NCBI GenBank assembly: GCA_965367335.1
Contig: CBDUIU010000001.1
Location: 1 to 28,878 of the forward strand
Source of the DNA: an uncultured Saprospiraceae bacterium
GTDB lineage: Bacteria > Bacteroidota > Bacteroidia > Chitinophagales > Saprospiraceae
Direction: 5' to 3'
Length of the DNA stretch: 28,878 nt
The notes under the pieces were generated by a model. That model saw only the letters and a program-made list of their open reading frames with translations. It ran no database searches and was not told the origin of the DNA. Made by a program: the position numbers and the translations under genes. Below, piece after piece: positions 16,952-25,255 of the stretch (position 1 is the stretch's first letter; every line of letters starts with the position of its first letter).

Positions 16952-17557
16952 ATGAAACACTATATCCTCTTCATGCTTTTCTGCTTGCTCTGCACTTGCC
17001 AGACACAATCGGAGTCTACTAGTCCGGAGTACGGTGCAGTGAGTATATCCAATAAAAACAATACCGCTAAACCAGCAATTGGTAAAGTCATTGATAAACT
17101 TAATGGTATCCCTATCTACTACAATGGTAAGGTGCGGCACACAAATGGTCGCCACCTCAGTACTGACGGTTATAATTATGGCTTGCGTTGGCAATGTGTC
17201 GAATTTGTCAAACGCTATTATTATGATCACTTAGATCATAAAATGCCAAACCCCTGGGGACATGCAAAACAATTTTTCAATCTTAATCTCGTGGAAGGTG
17301 AATTCAACCCGGAACGGAATCTTTACCAATTTCGCAATGGCAGCAAGCGCAAACCGCAAGTAGATGATATTGTCGTATTTGGAGGACAATCATTTGGCCA
17401 CGTGGCTATTGTCGCTGCAGTTGAGGACGACTACATAGAGCTAGCACAGCAAAACGTCGGAACGGAAAGCCGGGTAAAGCTCCCAATGACCTTGCGCAAA
17501 GACCGTTGGGTAATCCGGGATGCAGGGGTATTGGGATTACTGGGGAAGAAAAAATAA
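16952..17557 (+). CDS. CHAP-domain (Cys/His amidohydrolase) exported or lipoprotein
   Basis: WQCVEFVKRYY (Cys), FGHVAIV (His), EQ-like QQN. Signal peptide with Cys (LLCTC); ATG 16952 preferred over TTG 16931. Confidence 0.88.
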   Translation: MKHYILFMLFCLLCTCQTQSESTSPEYGAVSISNKNNTAKPAIGKVIDKLNGIPIYYNGKVRHTNGRHLSTDGYNYGLRWQCVEFVKRYYYDHLDHKMPNPWGHAKQFFNLNLVEGEFNPERNLYQFRNGSKRKPQVDDIVVFGGQSFGHVAIVAAVEDDYIELAQQNVGTESRVKLPMTLRKDRWVIRDAGVLGLLGKKK

Positions 17558-17619
17558 AATCATCACTGATTCCCTTTATTTCTTCTTATTTTGTGCGCTC
17601 ATTAGCACAAAAATAATTT

Positions 17620-18111
17620 ATGAAAAAGATTGCGCTGTTCTCTTTTTGCTTATCTCTCTTTTTACTAGCCTGTCAAGCTGATTCTGTCAATAGCAACTGG
17701 AAACCACTAGACCTGTTATCTTATGGAGTCCCAATAACGTTAATGGCACCTGATAGTGCAGCAGTAACTGTAGACGATTTGCTAGGCCAAAAAGATATTA
17801 CCATTGAAGGGGAAAACTTCTCCGTTCAATTATTTGTTTACGATGCCACCACTACCAATGCCGCAGAGGTGAAAAATGAAAAACTGAGAGAAGTCCAGGA
17901 GCAAAAGTATTTCTCAAAAGTTATAAAAGATGAGCCTACTGGTTTTATTTACGAAACGGTAATTGACTCTACTTACAAAAGTTACCGCTTTTACCACATC
18001 AAGATCAAAGGGGATAAAGAATTTTTGTTTCAGTCGGGATTACGAGGACAATTTTCGCAGGAACAAGCGGAAGCAACCTATCAGGCGGTGAGCGAGCTGA
18101 TAAAGAGATAG
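17620..18111 (+). CDS. Hypothetical lipoprotein
   Basis: MKK + hydrophobic stretch + lipobox LLAC. Confidence 0.8.
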   Translation: MKKIALFSFCLSLFLLACQADSVNSNWKPLDLLSYGVPITLMAPDSAAVTVDDLLGQKDITIEGENFSVQLFVYDATTTNAAEVKNEKLREVQEQKYFSKVIKDEPTGFIYETVIDSTYKSYRFYHIKIKGDKEFLFQSGLRGQFSQEQAEATYQAVSELIKR

Positions 18112-18152
18112 AGGTACTTATTAAAACGCTACGGATTAGTTAAAGGCGTCAA

Positions 18153-18187
18153 AAAAGGCTTTCACATTATACTTGTGAAAGCCTTTT
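18153..18187. terminator. Bidirectional intrinsic terminator
   Basis: AAAAGGCTTTCACA-ttatact-TGTGAAAGCCTTTT, a perfect 14-bp stem. Confidence 0.82.
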
Positions 18188-18216
18188 ATGTTTTAAATCG
18201 GTTCGTGGGTATAATT

Positions 18217-18294
18217 TTACGAAGCCTGATTTTCTTGGAGTAATTCATAAGAAAAAAGTCCAAGGATCACTAATAAGACGCTTAAAATAATCAT
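18217..18294 (-). CDS. Candidate small membrane peptide MIILSVLLVILGLFSYELLQENQAS (25 aa)
   Basis: Hand-translated ATG 18294 to TAA 18219-18217. One hydrophobic helix plus a polar tail; ends 30 nt before a bidirectional terminator. Confidence 0.4.
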   Translation of the reverse strand: MIILSVLLVILGLFSYELLQENQAS

Positions 18295-18441
18295 GGGAGG
18301 GTGTTTGGTTTTAGGACACTAAGGAGTAGAGATACTCCCGCGACGAAGGTTTAAAGAAATGCTAAACGATGTAGGGTTTTTCAATACGTGTCAGGGATCG
18401 TGTAATCAGAAGTCATCCGGTAGAGATTAAGCATTATACTT

Positions 18442-18468
18442 AAGCCGTTGGTAAGATACGGCTTTTTT
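18442..18468 (+). terminator. Plus-oriented intrinsic terminator with no annotated plus-strand gene upstream
   Basis: AAGCCGT-tggtaagat-ACGGCTT-TTTT. Confidence 0.55.
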
Positions 18469-18544
18469 ACATTCATAACAAGAATTATTAATATACAACT
18501 TTTGCTTTTTACTGATTATTGTCTGATGCCGGGCAAAAACAGGC

Positions 18545-18588
18545 AAAAAAAACACCTGCAGCCTCCGAAAGAAGCTCCAGGTGTTTTT
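18545..18588 (-). terminator. Intrinsic terminator after sodA
   Basis: AAAAACACCTG...CAGGTGTTTTT 11-bp stem; 8 T follow on the minus strand. Confidence 0.78.
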
Positions 18589-18613
18589 ACTTACAAAAGT
18601 GACAATAAGGTGC

Positions 18614-19231
18614 TTACTTCGTCGCTTTATTATAATTTTTTGAAACTTCAGCCCAATTGATCACATTGAAGAAAGCCTCGATATAATCCGGGCGACGATT
18701 TTGATATTTCAGGTAGTACGCGTGTTCCCAAACATCTATACCCAGGATTGGAGTACCTTTCTCCTCAGCAACATCCATTAGCGGATTATCCTGATTAGGT
18801 GTAGATGTAATGAAAAGGTTACCACGGCTATTAACACATAGCCATGCCCAACCGGAACCAAAGCGTGTTGCAGCTGCTTTTGAAAACTCATCTTTAAAAG
18901 CTTCCAGGGTTCCAAAAGCTTTTGTAAATGCTTTACCAAATTTACTGCGGGCATTAGGTTCTCCGCCGCCATCAGGAGACATAATTTTCCAAAACAAAGA
19001 ATGGTTATAATACCCTCCTCCATTATTGCGGACAGCGGTAGAAGCAGTAGAAACTTTTTTTAGAATGTCCTCGATTTTTTTCTTTTCCAGGTCCGTACCT
19101 TCAATTGCTGCATTTAGTTTGTTAGTGTAGCCATTGTGGTGCTTAGTGTGGTGGATTTTCATGGTGCGCTTATCAATATGTGGTTGTAAGGCATCATAGC
19201 CGTAGGGGAGATCTGGGAGTTTAAAAGCCAT
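18614..19231 (-). CDS. sodA: Superoxide dismutase, Mn type
   Basis: [33 protein letters not shown] and DVWEHAYY. The GG and NQD signatures favour Mn over Fe. Confidence 0.93.
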   Translation of the reverse strand: MAFKLPDLPYGYDALQPHIDKRTMKIHHTKHHNGYTNKLNAAIEGTDLEKKKIEDILKKVSTASTAVRNNGGGYYNHSLFWKIMSPDGGGEPNARSKFGKAFTKAFGTLEAFKDEFSKAAATRFGSGWAWLCVNSRGNLFITSTPNQDNPLMDVAEEKGTPILGIDVWEHAYYLKYQNRRPDYIEAFFNVINWAEVSKNYNKATK

Positions 19232-19310
19232 TGATTAAATCGTTTTTGATTAATAAATAAATTGCTTAGAAAGGTGTTTCAAGCGTTTAATTGTACTTAA
19301 TACATTTGAC

Positions 19311-19341
19311 CAAAGATACTAGTTATTTTCTTACTGGCAAA
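19311..19341 (-). promoter_or_regulatory. sodA promoter
   Basis: TTTG (19341-19338), 19-nt spacer, TATCTTTG (19318-19311). Confidence 0.72.
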
Positions 19342-19527
19342 ACTGTGTTTACCTTAAGCTATAACACCAGTAGCTGCTAAAAGTTCTATTAAGTTTCCCC
19401 CTTTGGCCAACAGGGTATTTGAACAAGTTAAAAACAGCAAATAACAATACATTTACAGCGAAAGAAAATTAAACGACCATTGATAAATTTCACCACCGTA
19501 AGCAATAGAGAAATCAGAAACTATCTG

Positions 19528-19535
19528 TAACTTTG
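19528..19535 (+). promoter_or_regulatory. -7 element for fumC
   Basis: TAACTTTG 54 nt upstream of the ATG. Confidence 0.55.
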
Positions 19536-19588
19536 TGTCGGTAAGAATGAGATTATAATATCCTTCAACGTCTAAAATATTTCATTTT

Positions 19589-20980
19589 ATGAAATTCAGA
19601 AAAGAAAAAGACAGTATTGGAATCATTAAAGTACCCGCTGATAAATACTGGGCCGCTCAGACCCAACGTTCCAGTGAAAACTTTAAAATTGGTGGGCAAC
19701 AAATGCCCATTGAGATCATCCGTGCATTTGCTATTTTGAAAAAAGCCGCAGCCATTACAAATGCCGAGCTAGGTGTATTGCCAAAAGCAACGGCTAAGCT
19801 AATCGGTAAGGTGTGTGATGAAATTTTAGCTGGTAAATTAGATGATCAGTTTCCGCTGGTTGTCTGGCAAACTGGCTCCGGCACCCAAAGTAATATGAAT
19901 GTCAACGAAGTCATCGCTAACCGCGGTCATGTACTAAAAGGAGGAGCATTAACCGATGAGAAAAAAGTGCTTCACCCAAACGATGATGTCAATAAATCGC
20001 AATCCTCTAACGATACTTTTCCGACGGCCATGCACATCGCCGCTTATACCGTCCTCATGGAAACCACCTTGCCAGGGATTCAAGCCCTGCGCGATACCCT
20101 GAATGATAAAGCCAAAGCATTTAAGAACGTTGTAAAAATCGGGCGGACCCACTTTATGGATGCCACTCCTTTGACTGTTGGTCAGGAATTGTCCGGGTAT
20201 GTCAGCCAGTTGGATCATGGCATGGCTACTATTAAAAACAGCTTGAAACATTTGCAAGAATTAGCCCTGGGAGGTACAGCCGTTGGGACAGGATTAAATA
20301 CCCCAAAAGGATACGCCAAATTAGTTGCGAAGCACATTGCGAAATTAACTGGTTTGCCATTTGTTACGGCAAAAAACAAATTCGAAGCCCTGGCTGCTCA
20401 CGATGCAATTGTAGAGTCACATGGTGCTTTGAAGACTGTAGCTGTTTCGTTAATGAAAATTGGAAATGATATTCGCATGCTGGCTTCGGGCCCTCGCTGT
20501 GGCATTGGCGAATTAATAATACCTGCCAATGAGCCTGGCTCATCAATTATGCCTGGCAAAGTCAATCCTACGCAAGCTGAGGCTTTAACTATGGCAATGG
20601 CTCAAGTAATGGGAAATGACGTAGCGATCAATTTTGGCGGAGCTACGGGTCACTTTGAACTCAATGTTTTCAAACCAATGATGATCTTCAACTTTTTAAT
20701 GTCTGCTCGTCTCATTGGTGATGCCTGCCGCAGCTTTAACGATAATTGTGCCGCAGGTCTTGAACCAAACTATGAGCGTATCAAAATGAACCTGGACAAT
20801 TCTCTGATGCTGGTTACTGCGCTTAATACGCATATCGGTTATGACAAAGCGTCTACAATTGCCAAGAAAGCACATAAAGAAGGGACAACCTTAAAAGCAG
20901 CAGCTACTGCTTTAGGTTACCTGACAGAAGCAGAATTTGACAAGTGGGTCAGACCAGAGAAAATGATTGGCTCGCTGTAA
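19589..20980 (+). CDS. fumC: Class II fumarate hydratase
   Basis: [40 protein letters not shown] and [13 protein letters not shown]. Confidence 0.97.
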   Translation: MKFRKEKDSIGIIKVPADKYWAAQTQRSSENFKIGGQQMPIEIIRAFAILKKAAAITNAELGVLPKATAKLIGKVCDEILAGKLDDQFPLVVWQTGSGTQSNMNVNEVIANRGHVLKGGALTDEKKVLHPNDDVNKSQSSNDTFPTAMHIAAYTVLMETTLPGIQALRDTLNDKAKAFKNVVKIGRTHFMDATPLTVGQELSGYVSQLDHGMATIKNSLKHLQELALGGTAVGTGLNTPKGYAKLVAKHIAKLTGLPFVTAKNKFEALAAHDAIVESHGALKTVAVSLMKIGNDIRMLASGPRCGIGELIIPANEPGSSIMPGKVNPTQAEALTMAMAQVMGNDVAINFGGATGHFELNVFKPMMIFNFLMSARLIGDACRSFNDNCAAGLEPNYERIKMNLDNSLMLVTALNTHIGYDKASTIAKKAHKEGTTLKAAATALGYLTEAEFDKWVRPEKMIGSL

Positions 20981-21024
20981 AAGTATTCTTAAATCAAGCT
21001 TGGTGAATCACCAAATCTTGAAAT

Positions 21025-21205
21025 ATGAGTTATCCCGAATTTTTTTCGATGTTGTGAGGGTTTATGAAGTTTATCGCAGATGCGCTTGGTTTACCTCTCC
21101 GCTAAAGCGGATTCGAGGTTGATATACTCCGTACGATAAACCCTTCGGAGCGAAGGTGCAACTTCATAAGCAATTCAAATTGCTCCAACTTTCGGGATAA
21201 CTCAT
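21025..21205. repeat. 181-bp nested inverted-repeat element (MITE/REP-like)
   Basis: Perfect 15-bp terminal IR ATGAGTTATCCCGAA (21025-21039) / TTCGGGATAACTCAT (21191-21205), with several internal stems; no ORF. Confidence 0.6.
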
Positions 21206-21747
21206 GATTTTTTTCTCCAGACTTCCATTACCCGGTTTAATACCGACAAGGTATGTGGATGACGAATCAGGCCTTCCTCGGCTGCTTGTTTAATAGCCTC
21301 CTCTCCCATTATTTTTACAGCTACATCTTCTCCATCATCCAACTGGACTTTGTCTGTAAGCACAACATCTTGAGCCAAGTAATGATGGATATAACTATCC
21401 ATATAAACGGGATTAGATTGGATCGCGCCGAGGTATTCCCATTGTTGAGCGGTATAGCCTGTCTCTTCGCGTAGTTCGCGTTTTGCAGCTTGTAGAGGTG
21501 TTTCTCCGGGATCGATTAACCCACCTGGCGCCTCAAGTGTCTCGCCCTGGATTCCAAAACGGTATTGTTGAACCAGAACGAATTCGCCGGCCTTGGTTTT
21601 GGCAACTACATTTACCGAGTCGCCTCCTTCCAGGATAATCACCCGAACGGTTTTTCCATTTCTCGGATTTTTGACAACATCAAACCGTGAGCGAAAAAGT
21701 TTGAGGTCATGACCAGGTTCACTTTTAATGAGTTCCCATTTTTTCAT
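21202..21747 (-). CDS. NUDIX hydrolase (ADP-ribose pyrophosphatase-like)
   Basis: Nudix box GGLIDPGETPLQAAKRELREETG; LVQQYRF. Confidence 0.92.
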   Translation of the reverse strand: MKKWELIKSEPGHDLKLFRSRFDVVKNPRNGKTVRVIILEGGDSVNVVAKTKAGEFVLVQQYRFGIQGETLEAPGGLIDPGETPLQAAKRELREETGYTAQQWEYLGAIQSNPVYMDSYIHHYLAQDVVLTDKVQLDDGEDVAVKIMGEEAIKQAAEEGLIRHPHTLSVLNRVMEVWRKKS

Positions 21748-21836
21748 ATTGTTATTTTGATAAGTTTTTGTGTCCTATTCAGCCTTAAATGATGGAGGTA
21801 AAACACTATATCAATTTTAATATTGCGTTAGATTAA

Positions 21837-22367
21837 TTACACTTTTTTCCTTTTTAAATCATCCAATAATTGCAGCACTTTTCTACCTCTCGATTTAAAG
21901 CCTGCCGAAGCAGTGGGCCATTGTTCTTCGATCAGTCCTCTTAATTCATCGGCGAGATCTGGTTCTTTGAGGCAAAAATCGCCGAGGATACACATGGAAA
22001 ACATCTTGGATGCCACTGCCTGTTTCGGATCGCTGAGAATATCAAAAGCCACACTAACTATCCGGCCTTCCAATTCTTCGGGCATACCTGCATAATAGAA
22101 TAAGCGCATTGTCGCGCGCCAAACAGCCTGGTGGGCATCTTCAGTGAGCCCATCAAGCATCCGTGCAAAATAGGGTTGGCTGATAACCTGTTGCTGTGGT
22201 GTAAAGTGGTAGACTACCCATGCAGCTCTTTGCCTCTCCTGCGGTTCTCCCTCCAGAAAAATTTGCATTAAATCCGCCATTCGACCTTCATTAGTTCCCA
22301 GAAAATCAATTATTTGAATGACCTGTTCTTTAGAAGATCGTTCTAAAAAAGCTTTGCGAAGATCCAT
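21837..22367 (-). CDS. Hypothetical HEAT/ARM-repeat-like protein
   Basis: 176-aa ORF with repeated helical pairs (RQRAAWVV, WRATMRLF, VASKMFSMCIL); TATCTTTG promoter at 22510-22503. Confidence 0.72.
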   Translation of the reverse strand: MDLRKAFLERSSKEQVIQIIDFLGTNEGRMADLMQIFLEGEPQERQRAAWVVYHFTPQQQVISQPYFARMLDGLTEDAHQAVWRATMRLFYYAGMPEELEGRIVSVAFDILSDPKQAVASKMFSMCILGDFCLKEPDLADELRGLIEEQWPTASAGFKSRGRKVLQLLDDLKRKKV

Positions 22368-22502
22368 ATGCTGATGATATACGATTTTTATTATTTTGAC
22401 GTTTTGTCCTTTAATAAAGCAAAAAACAGCTATTTAAGTGCTACTTGCCCTCCCAAATGCACAATCCATTGATTTATAAATGGTTTGGTATGGTTCTGGC
22501 GT

Positions 22503-22510
22503 CAAAGATA
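22503..22510 (-). promoter_or_regulatory. -7 element for the 21837-22367 gene
   Basis: TATCTTTG on the minus strand. Confidence 0.45.
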
Positions 22511-22547
22511 AGAGAACCGGAACGCCACTTGAGAAAACCAATTATCC

Positions 22548-23432
22548 ATGCTAAAAGAAGGACTTTTCTATTTAAGTATATGTAGTTTGTTTTTGGTCGC
22601 TTGTCATTCTTCCACACCGACAAACCAGAGTCCTTCTGCCCAAGAAGTTATGGAAGAGGCTGCGCCGCTGAGTTTTCTTCAATTCCTGCAAATCCTATCA
22701 ACGGACGAAGATACCCTTACTGAAAATTGGCAAACTATTGCCACCCATTTTCTTCCTGATTCTGTCATCCATAAAGATTGCCAGTTGCGAACTCAGCAAA
22801 TCCCATTTCCTCCCCCATTCCAACTTTTGCTTTATGAATACCTGGCCGACCAACATGCTCATAATGACATGTACTTATCCATCTTTGATAGCAGTGGGCA
22901 AGCCTTAGACTTGCTCCAGCTTCGCCAAGTCTCCTTTGATGGCAATGTAACAATAAATGTGATAGACGAGAAAATTTTGGAAATTGAATATTATGATTTT
23001 TATCGACCTAGTAGTCATGGTTTAAAGGATGTTTATACAGAAAACTTAACATCTGGTTCTCCCAGGAAAGTTCCTACTTCAGAGACCATCCCCGGCTTGC
23101 TTGAATATTATGACTATGAAAACTATCTGATCTCATCTAGTGGAAAATTGAAACGCTTGAGTCGCGCAGACTCGGTCAATTTACAACGCCGTTATCCTTT
23201 TACCTCTTCCCGCATCATTTCAAAGGATGAACTCAATCGGTACAAGCCACTGCAACTTCGTTATATGATCAACGAGATATACGCCAGCCACGGCTATATA
23301 TTTCCTGATGTAGAAAATCTACATTACTTCAAACGCCGCAAATGGTATCAGGCTAAACATCAACGCGTAGATAGTTTGTTAACAGATATTGAACGTTTAA
23401 ATATCCAAACGCTCTCTACGGAATTATTCTAA
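22548..23432 (+). CDS. Lipoprotein with C-terminal YARHG domain
   Basis: Lipobox LVAC; LRYMINEIYASHGYIF...YFKRRKWY...LTDIERLNI. Confidence 0.85.
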   Translation: MLKEGLFYLSICSLFLVACHSSTPTNQSPSAQEVMEEAAPLSFLQFLQILSTDEDTLTENWQTIATHFLPDSVIHKDCQLRTQQIPFPPPFQLLLYEYLADQHAHNDMYLSIFDSSGQALDLLQLRQVSFDGNVTINVIDEKILEIEYYDFYRPSSHGLKDVYTENLTSGSPRKVPTSETIPGLLEYYDYENYLISSSGKLKRLSRADSVNLQRRYPFTSSRIISKDELNRYKPLQLRYMINEIYASHGYIFPDVENLHYFKRRKWYQAKHQRVDSLLTDIERLNIQTLSTELF

Positions 23433-23476
23433 GCAGTTGCCTCACCTGGCATCATATTCAGTGAAACTTTATATAC

Positions 23477-24355
23477 TTATCGTATAGCAGATGAATTAAT
23501 CATCTTGCTCAACTCCTTCCGATAATCGGATGGGCTTTTTCCGGTGATCGCCCGAAATTGTTTATTAAAATGAGAAAAATTATTAAACCCGCTTTCTAAA
23601 GAAACCTGGGAAATACTCAGGTGTTCCCGGGATAATAGCTTACAAGCATATGCTACCCGGAACTCGTTAACAAAATTCGTAAAAGTCTTGTTTGTTAGTT
23701 TTTTAAAATAACGACAAAACGCCGGAACCGTCATATGAATCTCCTTTGCAATACTTTCTAGTGGAATCGATTCCCGAAAATTATTTTCAACATAGCGATA
23801 TATGGTTCTAATCCGCTCTTCATCACGTGTATTTACTTCAATACCAAAACCGGTCGCATTAAGTAAGCGGTAGTCTTCTGTTCTCGACATCTTATTAAAG
23901 ATTTGCAATAAACTTAATAAGCGGTCAAAATTTTCTAATTCCACAAGATCTATCAATGCTTTACCGATTTCGTGTTTTAGGTCGGTTTCGATGACCAGAC
24001 CTTGCTTGGCTCGTTCAAACAGCTGACGAATAGCCATCATTTCAGGTCTGTTTAAAAATTCTTTACCCAAAAAATCCTCTCTAAGCTGCACCACTACCTC
24101 AATATGTTCGTCATATAACTCATCCGTAAAAGATAAATGAGGAAGATTAGGCCCCAAAAAAATTAAATCTCCATCTTTATAATTGGAGACATGCTCTCCT
24201 ACATGCCTTTTCCCCATTCCACTTGACACATATACTAATTCATACTCTGGATGGAAGTGCCAGTTTGGAACACGACATGAATTTATTTCAGTAAACTTTC
24301 TGATGGCAAATGAACTACCAAAGCCCGGTTCGATTTTCTCAAGAATCGGTTTCAT
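23477..24355 (-). CDS. AraC-family transcriptional regulator with N-terminal cupin
   Basis: WHFHPEYELV cupin; C-terminal double HTH FCRYFKK...SGFNNFSHFNKQFRAITGKSPSDYR. Confidence 0.95.
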   Translation of the reverse strand: MKPILEKIEPGFGSSFAIRKFTEINSCRVPNWHFHPEYELVYVSSGMGKRHVGEHVSNYKDGDLIFLGPNLPHLSFTDELYDEHIEVVVQLREDFLGKEFLNRPEMMAIRQLFERAKQGLVIETDLKHEIGKALIDLVELENFDRLLSLLQIFNKMSRTEDYRLLNATGFGIEVNTRDEERIRTIYRYVENNFRESIPLESIAKEIHMTVPAFCRYFKKLTNKTFTNFVNEFRVAYACKLLSREHLSISQVSLESGFNNFSHFNKQFRAITGKSPSDYRKELSKMINSSAIR

Positions 24356-24575
24356 AAAATAAAATTTTGAATTTACAATCTATATTACCAAAATCAAATC
24401 TATTCTAAACAAACTTTGGTTAATATAGCATTAATATCTGTAAAAAACGTCGTAGCCTGCCTTTTGTTTTCTTCACAACTTTGTGAAGTATTTAATTAAT
24501 AAAGTTTATTGTTCACCTAAAGGACGGTTGATCTTCAACTTTTGTAAATCTCCGTTCTTCTAAAAAACTGTTGTT

Positions 24576-25175
24576 ATGAATGACCTAAAATTTCGTAAAA
24601 CATTAATGACTTTGATTGCTGTTCTGGTCATTGGATTTAATATCCATGCTATGGATAAAGTCTCATTTGTTCTGGACAAACAGGGTAAGGCGTTTTCACT
24701 GTATCTGCACAATCAAGTAAAAAAGGCTATTGCCATTCGGATTGAAGATGAGGCGGGAGTGATCCTGTGGGAAGAGAACTTACAAGTTACTGGCGATGTA
24801 GCAAAAAAGTACAATTTGACTCACTTACCCGATGGCCGTTATTATGCATTGGTTAGTGATGAGATAAGAACCATAACGCAACCGCTTACTATTCGTAAAA
24901 GCAGGGCAACTATCATAGGTACGGAGCGCATTGTCAACTTCAAACCAATGGTTTTCCAACATGAAGACAAGTTGGACATCAACTGGCTCACTGCTGGTGA
25001 AGAGGTAAGCTTAAAGTTATTTGATCAAAATGGCAATGTAGTAATGAAGCAAATTTTTAACGAAGGAACTACATTACATAAGCGCTTAAGCCTGGAACAA
25101 CTTCCAGCTGGTAATTATACTTTAAAGCTCCAAACCCCTAAAGCTAATTATTACCGGGAAGTTATTTGTCAATAA
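24576..25175 (+). CDS. Exported protein made of two T9SS C-terminal-domain-like beta-sandwich repeats
   Basis: Signal peptide; two repeats of I.D..G...K..L..LP.G.Y (YNLTHLPDGRY; LSLEQLPAGNY). Confidence 0.7.
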   Translation: MNDLKFRKTLMTLIAVLVIGFNIHAMDKVSFVLDKQGKAFSLYLHNQVKKAIAIRIEDEAGVILWEENLQVTGDVAKKYNLTHLPDGRYYALVSDEIRTITQPLTIRKSRATIIGTERIVNFKPMVFQHEDKLDINWLTAGEEVSLKLFDQNGNVVMKQIFNEGTTLHKRLSLEQLPAGNYTLKLQTPKANYYREVICQ

Positions 25176-25226
25176 AACTTAAGCTGATTTAACAAGATTT
25201 TAGTTTTAAGTTTCATACGTATTTTC

Positions 25227-25255
25227 AACAGGGGCATCACGTCCCTGTTTTTTTT
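25227..25255 (+). terminator. Intrinsic terminator
   Basis: AACAGGGG-catcacg-TCCCTGTT-TTTTTT. Confidence 0.75.

Noticed and set aside
18448-18660. 70-aa plus-strand ORF
   Set aside because: It runs through two terminator hairpins and overlaps the sodA 3' end antisense; no motif.
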